DNA of 64,000 nucleotides. It comes from Macrostomum lignano. Taxonomy: Eukaryota. Position 1 is the stretch's first letter, and each line of letters begins with the position of its first letter. Made by a program: the position numbers and the translations under genes. This document shows positions 1-11,141 of the stretch, in pieces. The stretch spans positions 186,001 to 250,000 of the forward strand of contig NIVC01001096.1 of NCBI GenBank assembly GCA_002269645.1, given 5' to 3'. Under the pieces are notes generated by a model. The model was not told the origin of the DNA and did no database searches. It worked only from the letters and a program-made list of their open reading frames with translations.

Positions 1-1924
1 GCTGGTGCTCGAGCTGATAACTTATGCGTGGTTCTCAGCGACGTTGAACCTGGAGCGCCCAGTCAGAGTGCCTGGCAACAACAGCCAACTGCTCAGCTGG
101 TGATAGCGGTTGTTAACCAAGCTCTACTAGGAGCAACTGCCAACGGTAGGATGCGATGAGCATGCACTTATAGTAACTGGATTGGACATCTAACCTTGCA
201 TACTACTAATAGTAAAGCTTGGTTCCTACCTCTGAATTAACTAATCATGCCGACATTGAAATGATAACCAAAAACAATATTCACAAGGCTATACCTGTGT
301 GTTTATCGTGCTCATTTCATCCAATAAGTTTATTTAAAAGCAGCCAACAAATTTTGTTTTAATTAAGTCACTTGTTTTTATTCATTAATTACAATAATTA
401 CGACCAAAGTTTGCATAAACCTTTTATAGAATAACTATAAAATATAATTGTATAATACTTTGTAAGAAAAGATATGAAAAGCAGGAAAATATAAAATATT
501 ATAGATAAAAATACTAGAATAAATAAATTTTAGAGAAAATATTTCTTTATTTTTTGCACTAAATAGCTATAAGGTTTATACAATCTTTGATTCTTACTAA
601 AGTTTTAGTCCGCAAAAAAATTTAAATATCAAATCAGGGTTGTACAGGACAGAATAAAAATAGAAAAACCTACTTGTAAGCTGTTTTGTTATTTCTAATT
701 GACGATTTAAAAAGTAAAACAAAATAAACCGTTTCCTTTATCATTACTCGCGCACTGGTGTAATGGACCGTTTAAGTGCTTATTTTTGCGCTATGCAAAA
801 AGTGAAGTAATTGTTGCTAAAAATAAACAATTTCTCTGAGACAATTTCCGTAGACAATAATTTTGTTTCACTTTTTTCTCGACAAGAAGCTCAATAAGTA
901 CTTATCCTGCAGGTGGGAAGTAGTGATTTCACTCAGTGCTAAAAGAACCGAAAACTTCCAATCTCGCGAATTATTTTTCGATCTCTGTTTTAGAATGATT
1001 AATTGTCCACAAGTTTTGCGCATAAATTGATCAGCGCGGTATAAGAAATTTTGGAGCATTAGATAAACATTTGATTCTGTCCACTTAAAGCGCATCATTC
1101 CTTGGCTAATCAATACAAGGGATCTGAACCAATCCTACATTTGATTTGAGCAATTTTGCTCGCATTTGTAGGCTGTAACTAATAAGTGTAAATTTGTCTT
1201 TAGTTTATCTTGTACAACCCAGACGAGACGGTCAAACATTAAAATTTTTAGTCTTCATTTTAAAAACTGTCGCATGGATCAAGCCTACTGGCAATGTTTC
1301 TAATTGCTACACGCAGATAACGATTAGGCCCAAATCCCGGGATCACCCTTGTCCGGGATTCGAAAATCCCGGGATTGACAATCGGGATCTCGATCCCGGT
1401 TTGCAATAATTCAATCATTCATTCTCGAGTAGTACTTGTAGTATCTGCAGCTGAGCTACTTGTCAGGTGAAAATCGTAACCCAGTTGTCCTGCTTCGATT
1501 TATTAATCTTTTAAGCATGCAGGCTAGTGAGACTGAGAAGGCTGGGGCTGCAGGGATACAAAACTGAAGCTGTTGGCAGATCGTAAGGAGATTTCAGGTG
1601 TAATAATGTACGTGCAACTGTATGCATACGATACTCGCAGACTAATGTAATTATTATTCTAAAATCTGTACACAGAGCCTAAAGCAATAGAAGCCAATCT
1701 CTCATTGTTTCCGATCACAGAGCTATACATGTAGCTCGCCAGACGGGAGTCAAATAATTGTGAATTTGAACTCTCCCTCTATCTCAAACCCAGCTAAAAT
1801 CAAGGGGTCTCGACCTTGCGCAGATCAGAAGCCCCCTATGCGAAAGACATCATTCTCAGCACTGTCAGTCCATACCTTCAAAACTCCTTGGCCGTAGTAG
1901 GGATTAGAACAGTGGGACCTGGCT

Positions 1925-3333
1925 ATCGGACCACAACCCAAGCTACCAGTTCTCCATCTGGGGCGGGTGCTATCGGAACACAACCCAAGCTACCAGTTCT
2001 CCATCTAGGGCGGGTGCTATCGGACCACAACCCAAGCTACCAGTTCTCCATCTAGGGCGGGTGCTATCGGACCGCAACCCAAGCTACCAGTTCTCCATCT
2101 AGGGCGGGTGCTATCGGACCACAACCCAAGCTACCAGTTCTCCATCTAGGGCAGGTGCTATCGGACCACAACCCAAGCTACCAATTCTCCATCTAGGGCG
2201 GGTGCTATCGGACCACAACCCAAGCTACCAGTTCTCCATCTAGGGCGGGTGCTATCGGACCACAACCCAAGCTACCAGTTCTCCATCTAGGGCGGGTGCT
2301 ATCGGACCGCAACCCAAGCTACCAGTTCTCCATCTAGGGCGGGCGCTATCGGACCGCAACCCAAGCTACCAGTTCTCCATCTAGGGCGGGTGCTATCGGA
2401 CCACAACCCAAGCTACCAGTTCTCCATCTAGGGCGGGCGCTATCGGACCGCAACCCAAGCTACCAGTTCTCCATCTAGGGCGGGTGCTATCGGACCACAA
2501 CCCAAGCTACCAGTTCTCCAGCTAGGGCAGGTGCTATCGGACCACAACCCAAGCTACCAGTTCTCCATCTAGGGCAGGTGCTATCGGACCACAACCCAAG
2601 CTACCAGTTCTCCATCTAGGGCGGGTGCTATCGGACCACAACCCAAGCTACCAGTTCTCCATCTAGGGCGGGTGCTATCGGACCGCAACCCAAGCTACCA
2701 GTTCTCCATCTAGGGCGGGCGCTATCGGACCGCAACCCAAGCTACCAGTTCTCCATCTAGGGCGGGTGCTATCGGACCACAACCCAAGCTACCAGTTCTC
2801 CATCTAGGGCGGGCGCTATCGGACCGCAACCCAAGCTACCAGTTCTCCATCTAGGGCGGGTGCTATCGGACCACAACCCAAGCTACCAGTTCTCCAGCTA
2901 GGGCAGGTGCTATCGGACCACAACCCAGGCTACCAGTTCTCCATCTAGGGCAGGTGCTATCGGACCACAACCCAAGCTACCAGTTCTCCATCTAGGGCGG
3001 GTGCTATCGGACCGCAACCCAAGCTACCAGTTCTCCATCTAGGGCGGGCGCTATCGGACCGCAACCCAAGCTACCAGTTCTCCATCTAGGGCGGGCGCTA
3101 TCGGACCACAACCCAAGCTACCAGTTCTCCATCTAGGGCGGGCGCTATCGGACCGCAACCCAAGCTACCAGTTCTCCATCTAGGGCGGGTGCTATCGGAC
3201 CACAACCTAAGCTACCAGTTCTCCATCTAGGGCGGGTGCTATCGGACCACAACCCAAGCTACCAGTTCTCCATCTAGGGCGGGTGCAATCGGACCACAAC
3301 CCAAGCTACCAGTTCTCCATCTGGGGCGGGTGC
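1925..3333 (+). repeat. 47-bp minisatellite, about 30 near-identical copies (ATCGGACCACAACCCAAGCTACCAGTTCTCCATCTAGGGCGGGTGCT)
   Basis: Direct tandem periodicity; 1409 bp / 47 is about 30 units. A single related unit sits in the paralogous flank at about 17078-17116. Confidence 0.95.
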
Positions 3334-3729
3334 CTTTGGGAGGCTGAGGTCTGATCCCCTTCTACCCTGGTATCAGTATCTCGGGCCATAGCTCTAAGCA
3401 TGGATACATCACATCACAATCAAGTGTGATTTTCTTGAGCTGATACTGATGTTGGGCCTGGTGCGTGGGGGTTGGGCGTGCGCTTTTACTCCGTGTGTCG
3501 TTTGTGATTTTAACTCTGTGCGTGTGCCCTGGCTGGGCTCACGCTCTTTGCACGTCTTGCTCTACGGCTCGTATCGTGACTTTAATGTACACTGTTGGTG
3601 TTTTAGTTCTTGGGTTGGGGTTGGGCTGCTATTGAACCTCGCTTAAATAAATCGTATCGTTGTTTGTCAGTGCGCTTGGCACTTTTGTCTCGCCTCGCAA
3701 ACTCTTTGCTCTCGACTTGCTCTGTTTAA

Positions 3730-4000
3730 CAACTGGCATTTAAAAAAAGCACGTCTATTACGCCAGTCCGTACATCACACTCCGATTCAGAGCTCACTGT
3801 CAGTTTCTTGTTTGCAAAACATTTTATTCTGTTCTACTACATTATTATTGAAAGCGCTTTAAAATCAGATTAGATGGCTTCGTAAATCAAAATTGCACTA
3901 ACAAAGATTAGAAACTTTTTATAATTCCTGGATTGGCAAAGTCCGGGATATTATGATCCCGAGAATCCCGGGATTGGCAAAACTCGGGATTTTGAATCCC
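3730..4000. repeat. Dispersed repeat ending in CCCGGGAT-rich sub-repeats (probable DNA-transposon end); inverted copy at about 17195-17450
   Basis: 3730-4000 is approximately the reverse complement of 17195-17450 (e.g. CAGAGCTCACTGTCAGTTTCTTG vs CAAGAAACTGACAGTGAGCTCTG). Superfamily not determined. Confidence 0.6.
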
Positions 4001-4017
4001 CAGTACCGCCTAAGCCT

Positions 4018-4387
4018 GGGGGGCCGTAGCCCAGCGGTAGCGCAGCTGCTCTGGTGTGCCGCGACCCAGGCTCGATTCCAAGTGCAGCCACATTAATTTG
4101 GGGCTGGATTGGAATCTTGGCTTGGCTCGCTTGTGCAATTAACGGCCTTGAGAGCCAACCCCCCCAAGGCGCAGTGAAGTGTACATGCCTAACAATTGAT
4201 AAAGTTAGGGCCGCTGTACACTCCTGTGTGAGTGTGTGCCTGCGTAACGTATCCGCGCGCTTGTATGCCTGCTCACGGGAGTCGGCGGAATGGGAAGTAA
4301 TGCCTCTCGCCGGTTGTGTGCCAATGACGCTTAAATTGCGCCAGGGTGCACACAAACCCCCTGCCTCTAATAAAAAAAAATAAATAA
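4018..4387 (+). mobile_element. Full-length tRNA-derived SINE (family 1) with 13-bp target-site duplication
   Basis: Head has Pol III A-box (TAGCCCAGCGG) and B-box (GGCTCGATTCC); A-rich tail (TAATAAAAAAAAATAAATAA); perfect TSD ACCGCCTAAGCCT at 4005-4017 and 4388-4400; related copies at about 23830-24135 (+) and 36578-36720 (-). Confidence 0.9.
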
Positions 4388-5860
4388 ACCGCCTAAGCCT
4401 TGAAAGTCGGGATTTGCGCTGCAGAATTCATGCTCGTTGATGATGTTGACCTCGCGCTTGATTGCGTAATTGGAAAAATGCTGCATGAATTCCGGCCCTG
4501 ATACAGACGAGGCTTGACGCGGAGTACAAGCAATACTCAAAAACCATATGTTGTATATGGTTTCTTAGGGGTGGTTTTGGTGTAGGTCTTCAGTAAATCA
4601 CACCGCTGCCACCAATGTTGTAGCTTTACTTTCCGAGCTGCGTGAGTACAGTTGACCAATTGATGTCCTTCGTTTGCACCTCGAAGTAGAAAGCCTTCTC
4701 TAGTTGCGTAGATAGTGCTGCCACCAGTCCCTTCGGGTCTCAGTCTTCAGGTGAGGATCCCGTCGGAATGAACACAGCACTTCAGGTAGATTTGCTATTT
4801 CACACGACTAGTCAGAAAATCCTGTCGGGCTCCGTCGGGCGACTGGGAAGGTGGTATTAGCCTCAGAGCAGACTCAGTGGTCCGGATTTAAGATGAGAAC
4901 TGATTTAGGACAATGGTAGCTTCGCAATCTACCATTGTCCTGGCAACCTACCAATGGCAATTTCAGACACTCGTTGGGAACAGAGAATAATCTCAGAAGA
5001 GAAAGGAGAGCTGTGACGGAAACAGGGCTAAGGAGGTCCGCACTTATAGTCTGGAGAACCCCATTGCGCTAGAGCTTAAGAGCACGCAAGATATCGCGTG
5101 ACGTGGTATCTATTTTTAGCAACTGACGTCAATGCCTGCGTTACAGAAGGTAATTGGGTCTCGGGCACAGGGGTTCCGTCATAAGCATAAAGGTGCTTAT
5201 TGTACTTTGGACTGCGAGAAAACAGAGCTTGTTTTGTGACTGGTTCACATGCCAAGTTGAATGGCGGGCCACTAGTGAAACCACCGGTTGACCACTGGAC
5301 GCAGAACGCACAACAAAGAGCAGGCCCAGTAGCTGCAGTCAGAGAACAAAGCGCAGGCAGGGAGCAGGCAGACCGAAAAAGGCGGAGCTGCGCCCAGCGG
5401 CAGATGACAGCTCAAGATCGAGCGAGGGCGGGGATGCTGCTGGCTAGAGTGAGACACCTAACCATTAATCCAGTGGCTCACTACACATGGAGACAAGTTA
5501 TCATTGCTAATACGTCCCCAATAGTATAGCCATTCGCTTGAAGGAGAAGTGGCTCCAGTCGCCAATAGTCGGCTCTGAAAGAGGTCATTTTAAAAGCCAC
5601 AAAATACGCAACTCAACAACCAAGCTACGAGCGAGCTAGTATAGAAACCGGCAATCTTTGCTCCCCGGTTTGGGAAAAAGGAGAGGACATCCACCTGCCA
5701 GTGTAGTGTACATTTCCCTCGCGGGGCACGCGGGGAGAGGAAATGCTTCCGAGGATAGCTCGAATTGTACTTTTATTCTCTCTCTCCCAAGACTGACTGT
5801 ACAGCCACGCTAAAGATATTTCTTGGAAAGACCGAGAACCTCTAGACTCTAGAATGAATA

Positions 5861-5880
5861 GAAAAGCCGAAACCGAAAAC
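5861..5880 (+). promoter_or_regulatory. ISRE/IRF-E-like motif (GAAAAGCCGAAACCGAAAAC) about 140 bp upstream of the 6018 ORF
   Basis: Matches GAAANNGAAA; retained in the diverged promoter of the paralog (19273-19294). Function is inferred only. Confidence 0.4.
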
Positions 5881-6017
5881 AAGGTGTGGTAAAGAGCTCA
5901 GTTAAGTCAAGACTAAAAGACTAAAAAGACAGGTGCTTTGCTTGTCCCGCTTAACTGTTTATTTAGAGCCTAAAGAATACTGCAGGGTAAGCTGCTTACC
6001 AGCTATACGAAAAGCTG

Positions 6018-7358
6018 ATGGCAGGTGCCGGTAATTGGCCTCGAGGTCAAGAAGTTCGCCACCAACAATTTGAGGTCGGTCAGGGCCGCAGGTTCTCTGA
6101 TTGCAGAGGACGATACGATTCTAGCGGCCGCGGCAGAGGTCGAGGAGGCGACGGAAGGACGTCAGCACCACGGGAGAACATGAAAAATCAGAAGGCAAAC
6201 TGGAATTTTAGTACTCTACTGTGCGGCCCTGCCGACTCGCAGATTGTGTTTACTGAATACCAAGGCTTTTGCTATCAGAAGGCTAAAGAACTTCGCGATA
6301 AAGGTCATATTCATGTGCCCCTTTTTCGGACGACGACTGACGAAGAAGTGTGTCAGAATTTTCGAGAAAAGCTACGTTCGATCACAGCATCCATGACCGA
6401 ATGCAAAGATTTGCTCAATGAAAATTGCCAATTGAGAGCTTTTATCCGGGTCGGAGATCTGTACTTCAATCACAGAAGCTTCCGGTTTGACAGCCGTCCT
6501 GGACCTCAGCTTAGAGACTTCGGCGATCTACTAGAGTCAGACAAGTTCGAAGAAGCGTCACAACGATTGGACAGATTTTTCAATCCCGACAAAGAAGGAT
6601 TCTACCGGCGGCGTCCAATTACCTCAACATTCGTGACTGATAAAACCGTGGCGAATCATGCCCTGCTGGAGGTGTTTCTCAGCATGCGAGACTTTGAGGA
6701 AGTCAGGGACGACAGCGAAAAAGACGCGATTCTCACCGTTACATTGAACAAAGATCAGAAAAAATTTGAGCTCATCTACGACGCGAAAAATCTGGTATTG
6801 GACTCTGTGATGCTGATCACTAGCAAATGGAATCTAAACATGGTCACAGCAAAGGGTACCAATTACCAGGGCTCATTTAACGAGGTCGCCGACTTCAGAC
6901 TGCAGTTCGAAGCTTCATTTCCCAGCGACACGGAGGAGGTCAATGAGAGCTTGGCTGCCGAAGGATTCAACAAAGAAGACCTGCAGCAGTTGTTCGAAAG
7001 GATCGGCGAGGCACCGCCTGCCTCAGATTTGTTGTCGGATGGCTCCGAGAGGCACTATCGGCTGAAAAGTCTGCCGCAATTGGCAGAGAAGCTGGAATAT
7101 CTTCGCGAGCAGTCTAATAAAACCTTTGTGCGGCATCACGACCGATGGCCACTTCATGTGCGGCTTCGGCAGTTCAAATTCTACAAGCTAGTAAATCCCG
7201 TGGCTGGCGTGTTACATCCGCTGCCCGGGGTCGAGCTGCGGGTCAGCGCTGAGCTGGGCTGCTCCTTGGACACGGAGGTCCTTGGCGATCGGGAGTTCGC
7301 GAGCTACATGTGGGAGTGCTGCCAGCTGATGCAGGACCTGGTGGCCGCTTCGCTGTAG
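6018..7358 (+). CDS. Intronless 446-aa protein of unassigned family (paralog A); short RG-rich N-terminus, possible triphosphate-tunnel (Cet1/CYTH-like) barrel
   Basis: Long open ORF with ATG. Nearly identical to 19396-21345 over the core and clearly homologous to 24725-25954 (shared LLCGP, GDLYF, ADFRLQF, RHHDRWP, LDxEVLGD, WECCQLMQD). Fold assignment is inference. Confidence 0.85.
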   Translation: MAGAGNWPRGQEVRHQQFEVGQGRRFSDCRGRYDSSGRGRGRGGDGRTSAPRENMKNQKANWNFSTLLCGPADSQIVFTEYQGFCYQKAKELRDKGHIHVPLFRTTTDEEVCQNFREKLRSITASMTECKDLLNENCQLRAFIRVGDLYFNHRSFRFDSRPGPQLRDFGDLLESDKFEEASQRLDRFFNPDKEGFYRRRPITSTFVTDKTVANHALLEVFLSMRDFEEVRDDSEKDAILTVTLNKDQKKFELIYDAKNLVLDSVMLITSKWNLNMVTAKGTNYQGSFNEVADFRLQFEASFPSDTEEVNESLAAEGFNKEDLQQLFERIGEAPPASDLLSDGSERHYRLKSLPQLAEKLEYLREQSNKTFVRHHDRWPLHVRLRQFKFYKLVNPVAGVLHPLPGVELRVSAELGCSLDTEVLGDREFASYMWECCQLMQDLVAASL

Positions 7359-7627
7359 GCTTGACTCGTTTGTTGAGAGTCGGCCGGACTATTGAAGAAG
7401 TTCGATGTTTGTTTTCAATGTGTTTTCGACGATTATCTATCTTTCTATAAAATCTATGTTCTACAAATTTATTGAAAGCCACAGCGTCATGTCGTTTTTA
7501 TTTGAAGCAGTCTGCTCCTTGAACGCTATGCTCATAAATGCATATGGAATATTGGCGTATATGAGAACGTCCATTATTGAAGCATAGCACAAATTTTAAC
7601 TCTGCTTTACAACTTAGTTTTGTTAAG

Positions 7628-7835
7628 AGCTAGTGAACCCCGTGGCTGCCGTGTTACAGCCGCTGCCCGGGGTTGAGCTGCGAGTCAGCACTGCATGATC
7701 TGGGCTGCTCCTTGGACCCGGAGGTCCTTGGCGATCCGGAGTTCGCGAGTTACATGTAGGAGTGCTGCCAGCTGATGCAGGCTCTGTGGTGATGCGACTC
7801 TCAACTCGTTCGTTGAGAGTCGGTCGAACTATTTT
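7628..7835 (+). pseudogene. Degenerate duplicate of the 3' end of the 6018-7358 gene
   Basis: Copy of about 7190-7395 with a small insertion (CACTGCATGATCTGGG vs CGCTGAGCTGGG) and a TGG>TAG stop (TACATGTAGGAG). Confidence 0.8.
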
Positions 7836-8489
7836 CACTAAATTTGACCTACTCCTCATCCTGTTTTTTAATCTTCTCGTTTTCCTTCAATATTCTGAGG
7901 TAACGTTCTTTATTGTCTATTTTAATTGTTCTCATCTTAATTCCGTAAACTAACAAATCACTGCACGGTGTTTTCAGATTTTACAGTTTATTTCTGGTGT
8001 ATACGAGTAAGCCGGTTTTACGCTCGTGTAATTCTATCATTCCATGTGTCCGAATGTTTATCTTTACTTCTGCCATAATCCACTTAACATCCGTTTGAAG
8101 CCGACGAAAGTAAAATGGTAGAAAAAAATTTACCTACATTTTCCTATACTTCTCCTATGCCTAATTAGCCCGTAATGTGCGATTTTTTAGCAGTTAATAT
8201 CGGAGCGTGAAGAGGAGGGGTTGAATTTATTTGTTATGTGTTATTTCTGTTTTAAAATTGCTATTTAGAGGGCAGTTGTAGGCATGGCAGGGTTCAGAAA
8301 TTAGCTCGTACGAGAATATTACGCGCATAGTTCGCGTGAGCTCGATGTGGATTATTCACCTGCAGCTGATAAATTTGTTTTAATTCAAATAAACTTGTGT
8401 GCATATTTATCAAGTAAAATAACTCCGTCTCACAGTGCGCAACCAGAATTTTTATGAGGGGCGCTGGGGCGGGAGGACAGGAGGATCGG

Positions 8490-8780
8490 CTCAACGGCCG
8501 CGTAGAACAGGTTCTGAATTGAAGACGCTCTTGAGAAGGTAAGTGGCACGCCAGGCCTGGTTTCTCCATGGCCTTTCTCCATGACAATGGCAGCGGGGGT
8601 TCATCAGCAGGGCGACGAGGTACCGGAAGTCCTCACACACCGCGATGCTGTCTCCATTGGGCAGCGTGAGAGTTGTGTGACGGTGTTTGTGCCCACATTT
8701 TGAGACTGTTCGAGCTAAGAATTCATGCCTCTGGTCTTTATGACTTGGGTGGGGCGACGGAAGAGAGGAAGCATGCCTTA
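8490..8780 (-). mobile_element. Degenerate non-LTR retrotransposon (RTE-like) RT/thumb fragment
   Basis: Minus-strand translation LTLPNGDSIAVCEDFRYL...QAWRATYLLKSVFNS resembles the RTE-type 'V-x-x-F-K/R-Y-L-G' thumb region; frameshifted. Confidence 0.55.
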
Positions 8781-9549
8781 AGGCTTCAATTTTTGTGCGC
8801 TTCGAAACCAACTCTCTTAATTAATTAAAAGGTAAAGGGAACTAAGCTGTGCATACAGGTGTGACGAATAAAGGCGGGTTTTGTGTAGCGGGTAATTAGA
8901 TAGTTCACGATTTAGTTTAGCAGATCGGCAGGCCGCTTCCAGTGTTGCTTACTTATAGTGTTGCTTAAGACAGCTTAGATTTAGATATATAGAAAAATTG
9001 CTAGGATCGGGATCAGATGATTAAATAATTGGGCCGAGGTAGGCGGCGGAAGAGTTGAGGCAAGGAGGCCGGATAACTAAGGGGTTCGCGAGCCTAGAGC
9101 GAGAAGCGAAGCAAAGAGGGAGGGTAGGGCGAGAGCGGCCGCTGACTGTAGTGTAAGCATATATTTTAATTGCTAGGTAAACAGATAACAAAATCACCCC
9201 CCAATCCGAAACTCAGACAAACCCCCCACGCGCAATGTACATGTACAAATTAATCGATAAAATATATCGTGCAAGAATATCATAACGTCAGTGCATGTAC
9301 ATAGATAGAACTACTTTACGAGAAATAATAACGATATGAATGAAATACAAATAATAGAATGAATACATACGAGGCTACAAAAAATAAGGCACTTAACAGT
9401 AACGGAAGCGCGATAATAATACGTATGGAATATTGTTAAAATAAATGAAAGAATACAGTAGTAGTACGGTATGCAAGTGAGATAAAGAAATACGATACAG
9501 ATGCTTCTACGAAATTACGAATTACACTTTCACACAGGGATTCTAGGGA

Positions 9550-10840
9550 TTTCGGAGTACATTTCCTATTCATATTTACGACCTCGATCTTATTTAGGGA
9601 GAAATTGGCAAGAATCGATATATGAAGTAGGTTTCCTGCAATCTCAATCTACCTTTTATAATAGTGCTTAATGCTCCGTAAGATATTACTTTTAGTAGTT
9701 GGTTTTGTATACTAATCCCACAGCCAATCCCCGAATTTCTATGCTTTTGTTTGAATGTTACCTTATTGTTTTAATTTTTGGTTTGTTATAGGTCCCGGTA
9801 TATTTTGTTTAATTGTGCTGCTCCCATCAATAGCCAGCCCACCTATGATCCCTCGAAAAATTCCATATAAAGGCGCTAGCTGAAGCCGAAATAGACCAGA
9901 ACTCTTTAAACTCTCTCGGTGAGCTCGAGTGATTTATCTACCAATTTGATTAGCTTTAAGAAAAATTCTGCTAAAGGCTTACCTGTCAGTTCTTTATTAG
10001 GGAAATACCGAGGTCTTGGAGACCCAGAGTAGGAATCTGGAATAGGGAGTTATCGAGGTCGTAGAGACCAGAGTAGGGATCTGGAATAGGGAGTTATCGA
10101 GGTCGTAGAGACTCAGAGTAGGGATCTGGAATAGGGAGTTATCGAGGTCGTAGAGACCCAGAGTAGGGATCTGGAATAGGGAGTTGTCGAGGTCGTAGAG
10201 ACCCAGAGTAGGGATCTGGAATAGGGAGTTATCGAGGTCGTAGAGACCCAGAGTAGGGATCTGGAATAGGGAGTTGTCGAGGTCGTAGAGACCCAGAGTA
10301 GGGATCTGGAATAGGGAGTTATCGAGATCGTAGAGACTCAGAGTAGGGATCTGGAATAGGGAGTTATCGAGGTCGTAGAAACCTCGGAATAGGGAGTTAT
10401 CGAGGTCGTAGAGACTCAGAATAGGAATCTGGAATAGGGAGTTATCGAGGTCGTAGAGACCTCGAAATAGGGAGTTATCGAGGTCGTAGAGACTCAGAAT
10501 AGGAATCTGGAATAGGGAGTTATCGAGGTCGTAGAGACTCAGAATAGGAATCTGGAATAGGGAGTTATCGAGGTCGTAGAGACTCAGAATAGGGATCTGA
10601 AATGGGGAGTTATCGAGGTCGTAGAGACTCAGAATAGGGAGCAAAAAGCCGTAGAGGCGAAAGAAGCCGTGAAGCTAGGCTCGGTAGGACTAAGTAGCGA
10701 TCGTATTACTCGTAGGCATTAGGATCAGGCAGTAGGATTAAGTGTTAAAAGAAATAATTAAGCGTTAAGTGCAAAGGAGAACAAAGCGTAGTTGACATGT
10801 AGCCTATTGCAGGACACCCTTGGTCCCAGGAGACGCCATT
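9550..10840 (-). mobile_element. Possible degraded LTR-retrotransposon 5' internal region (PBS-like site, repeat-expanded region, protease-like remnant)
   Basis: Minus-strand TGGCGTCTCCTGGG at 10838-10825 resembles a tRNA(Asn)-type PBS; FRGIIGGLAIDGSST near 9820-9870 is retropepsin-flap-like. No LTR pair was found. Confidence 0.3.
10005..10640. repeat. 45-bp minisatellite, about 14 units including two shortened units
   Basis: Unit GGGAGTTATCGAGGTCGTAGAGACTCAGAGTAGGGATCTGGAATA; accounts for the repetitive ORF 9997-10644. Confidence 0.9.
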
Positions 10841-11141
10841 ACTTTCAGGATTTTAATCAGAAAAACAGTGTCTTACTGCCCGGGAACTAACCGCTATCGT
10901 AGACTTTCTACGATATCAAGTAAGTATCAACGGTGCTCATATCAACAAGTTCTAAGTATCAACGGTGAAATTCTTAAGTGAGAACAATCAGACCTAGAAC
11001 AACTTGGTGGCATTTCGTGAGATCTATCAGAAGGAAGAATTAGATCTGTTGTTGCGTAGGCTTAGTATTTATTGTTTTTGTTGGTTATAGTTAATACAGT
11101 TATAGGTCATTTCCGTATATCGAGATATGATACGTCCCCGG

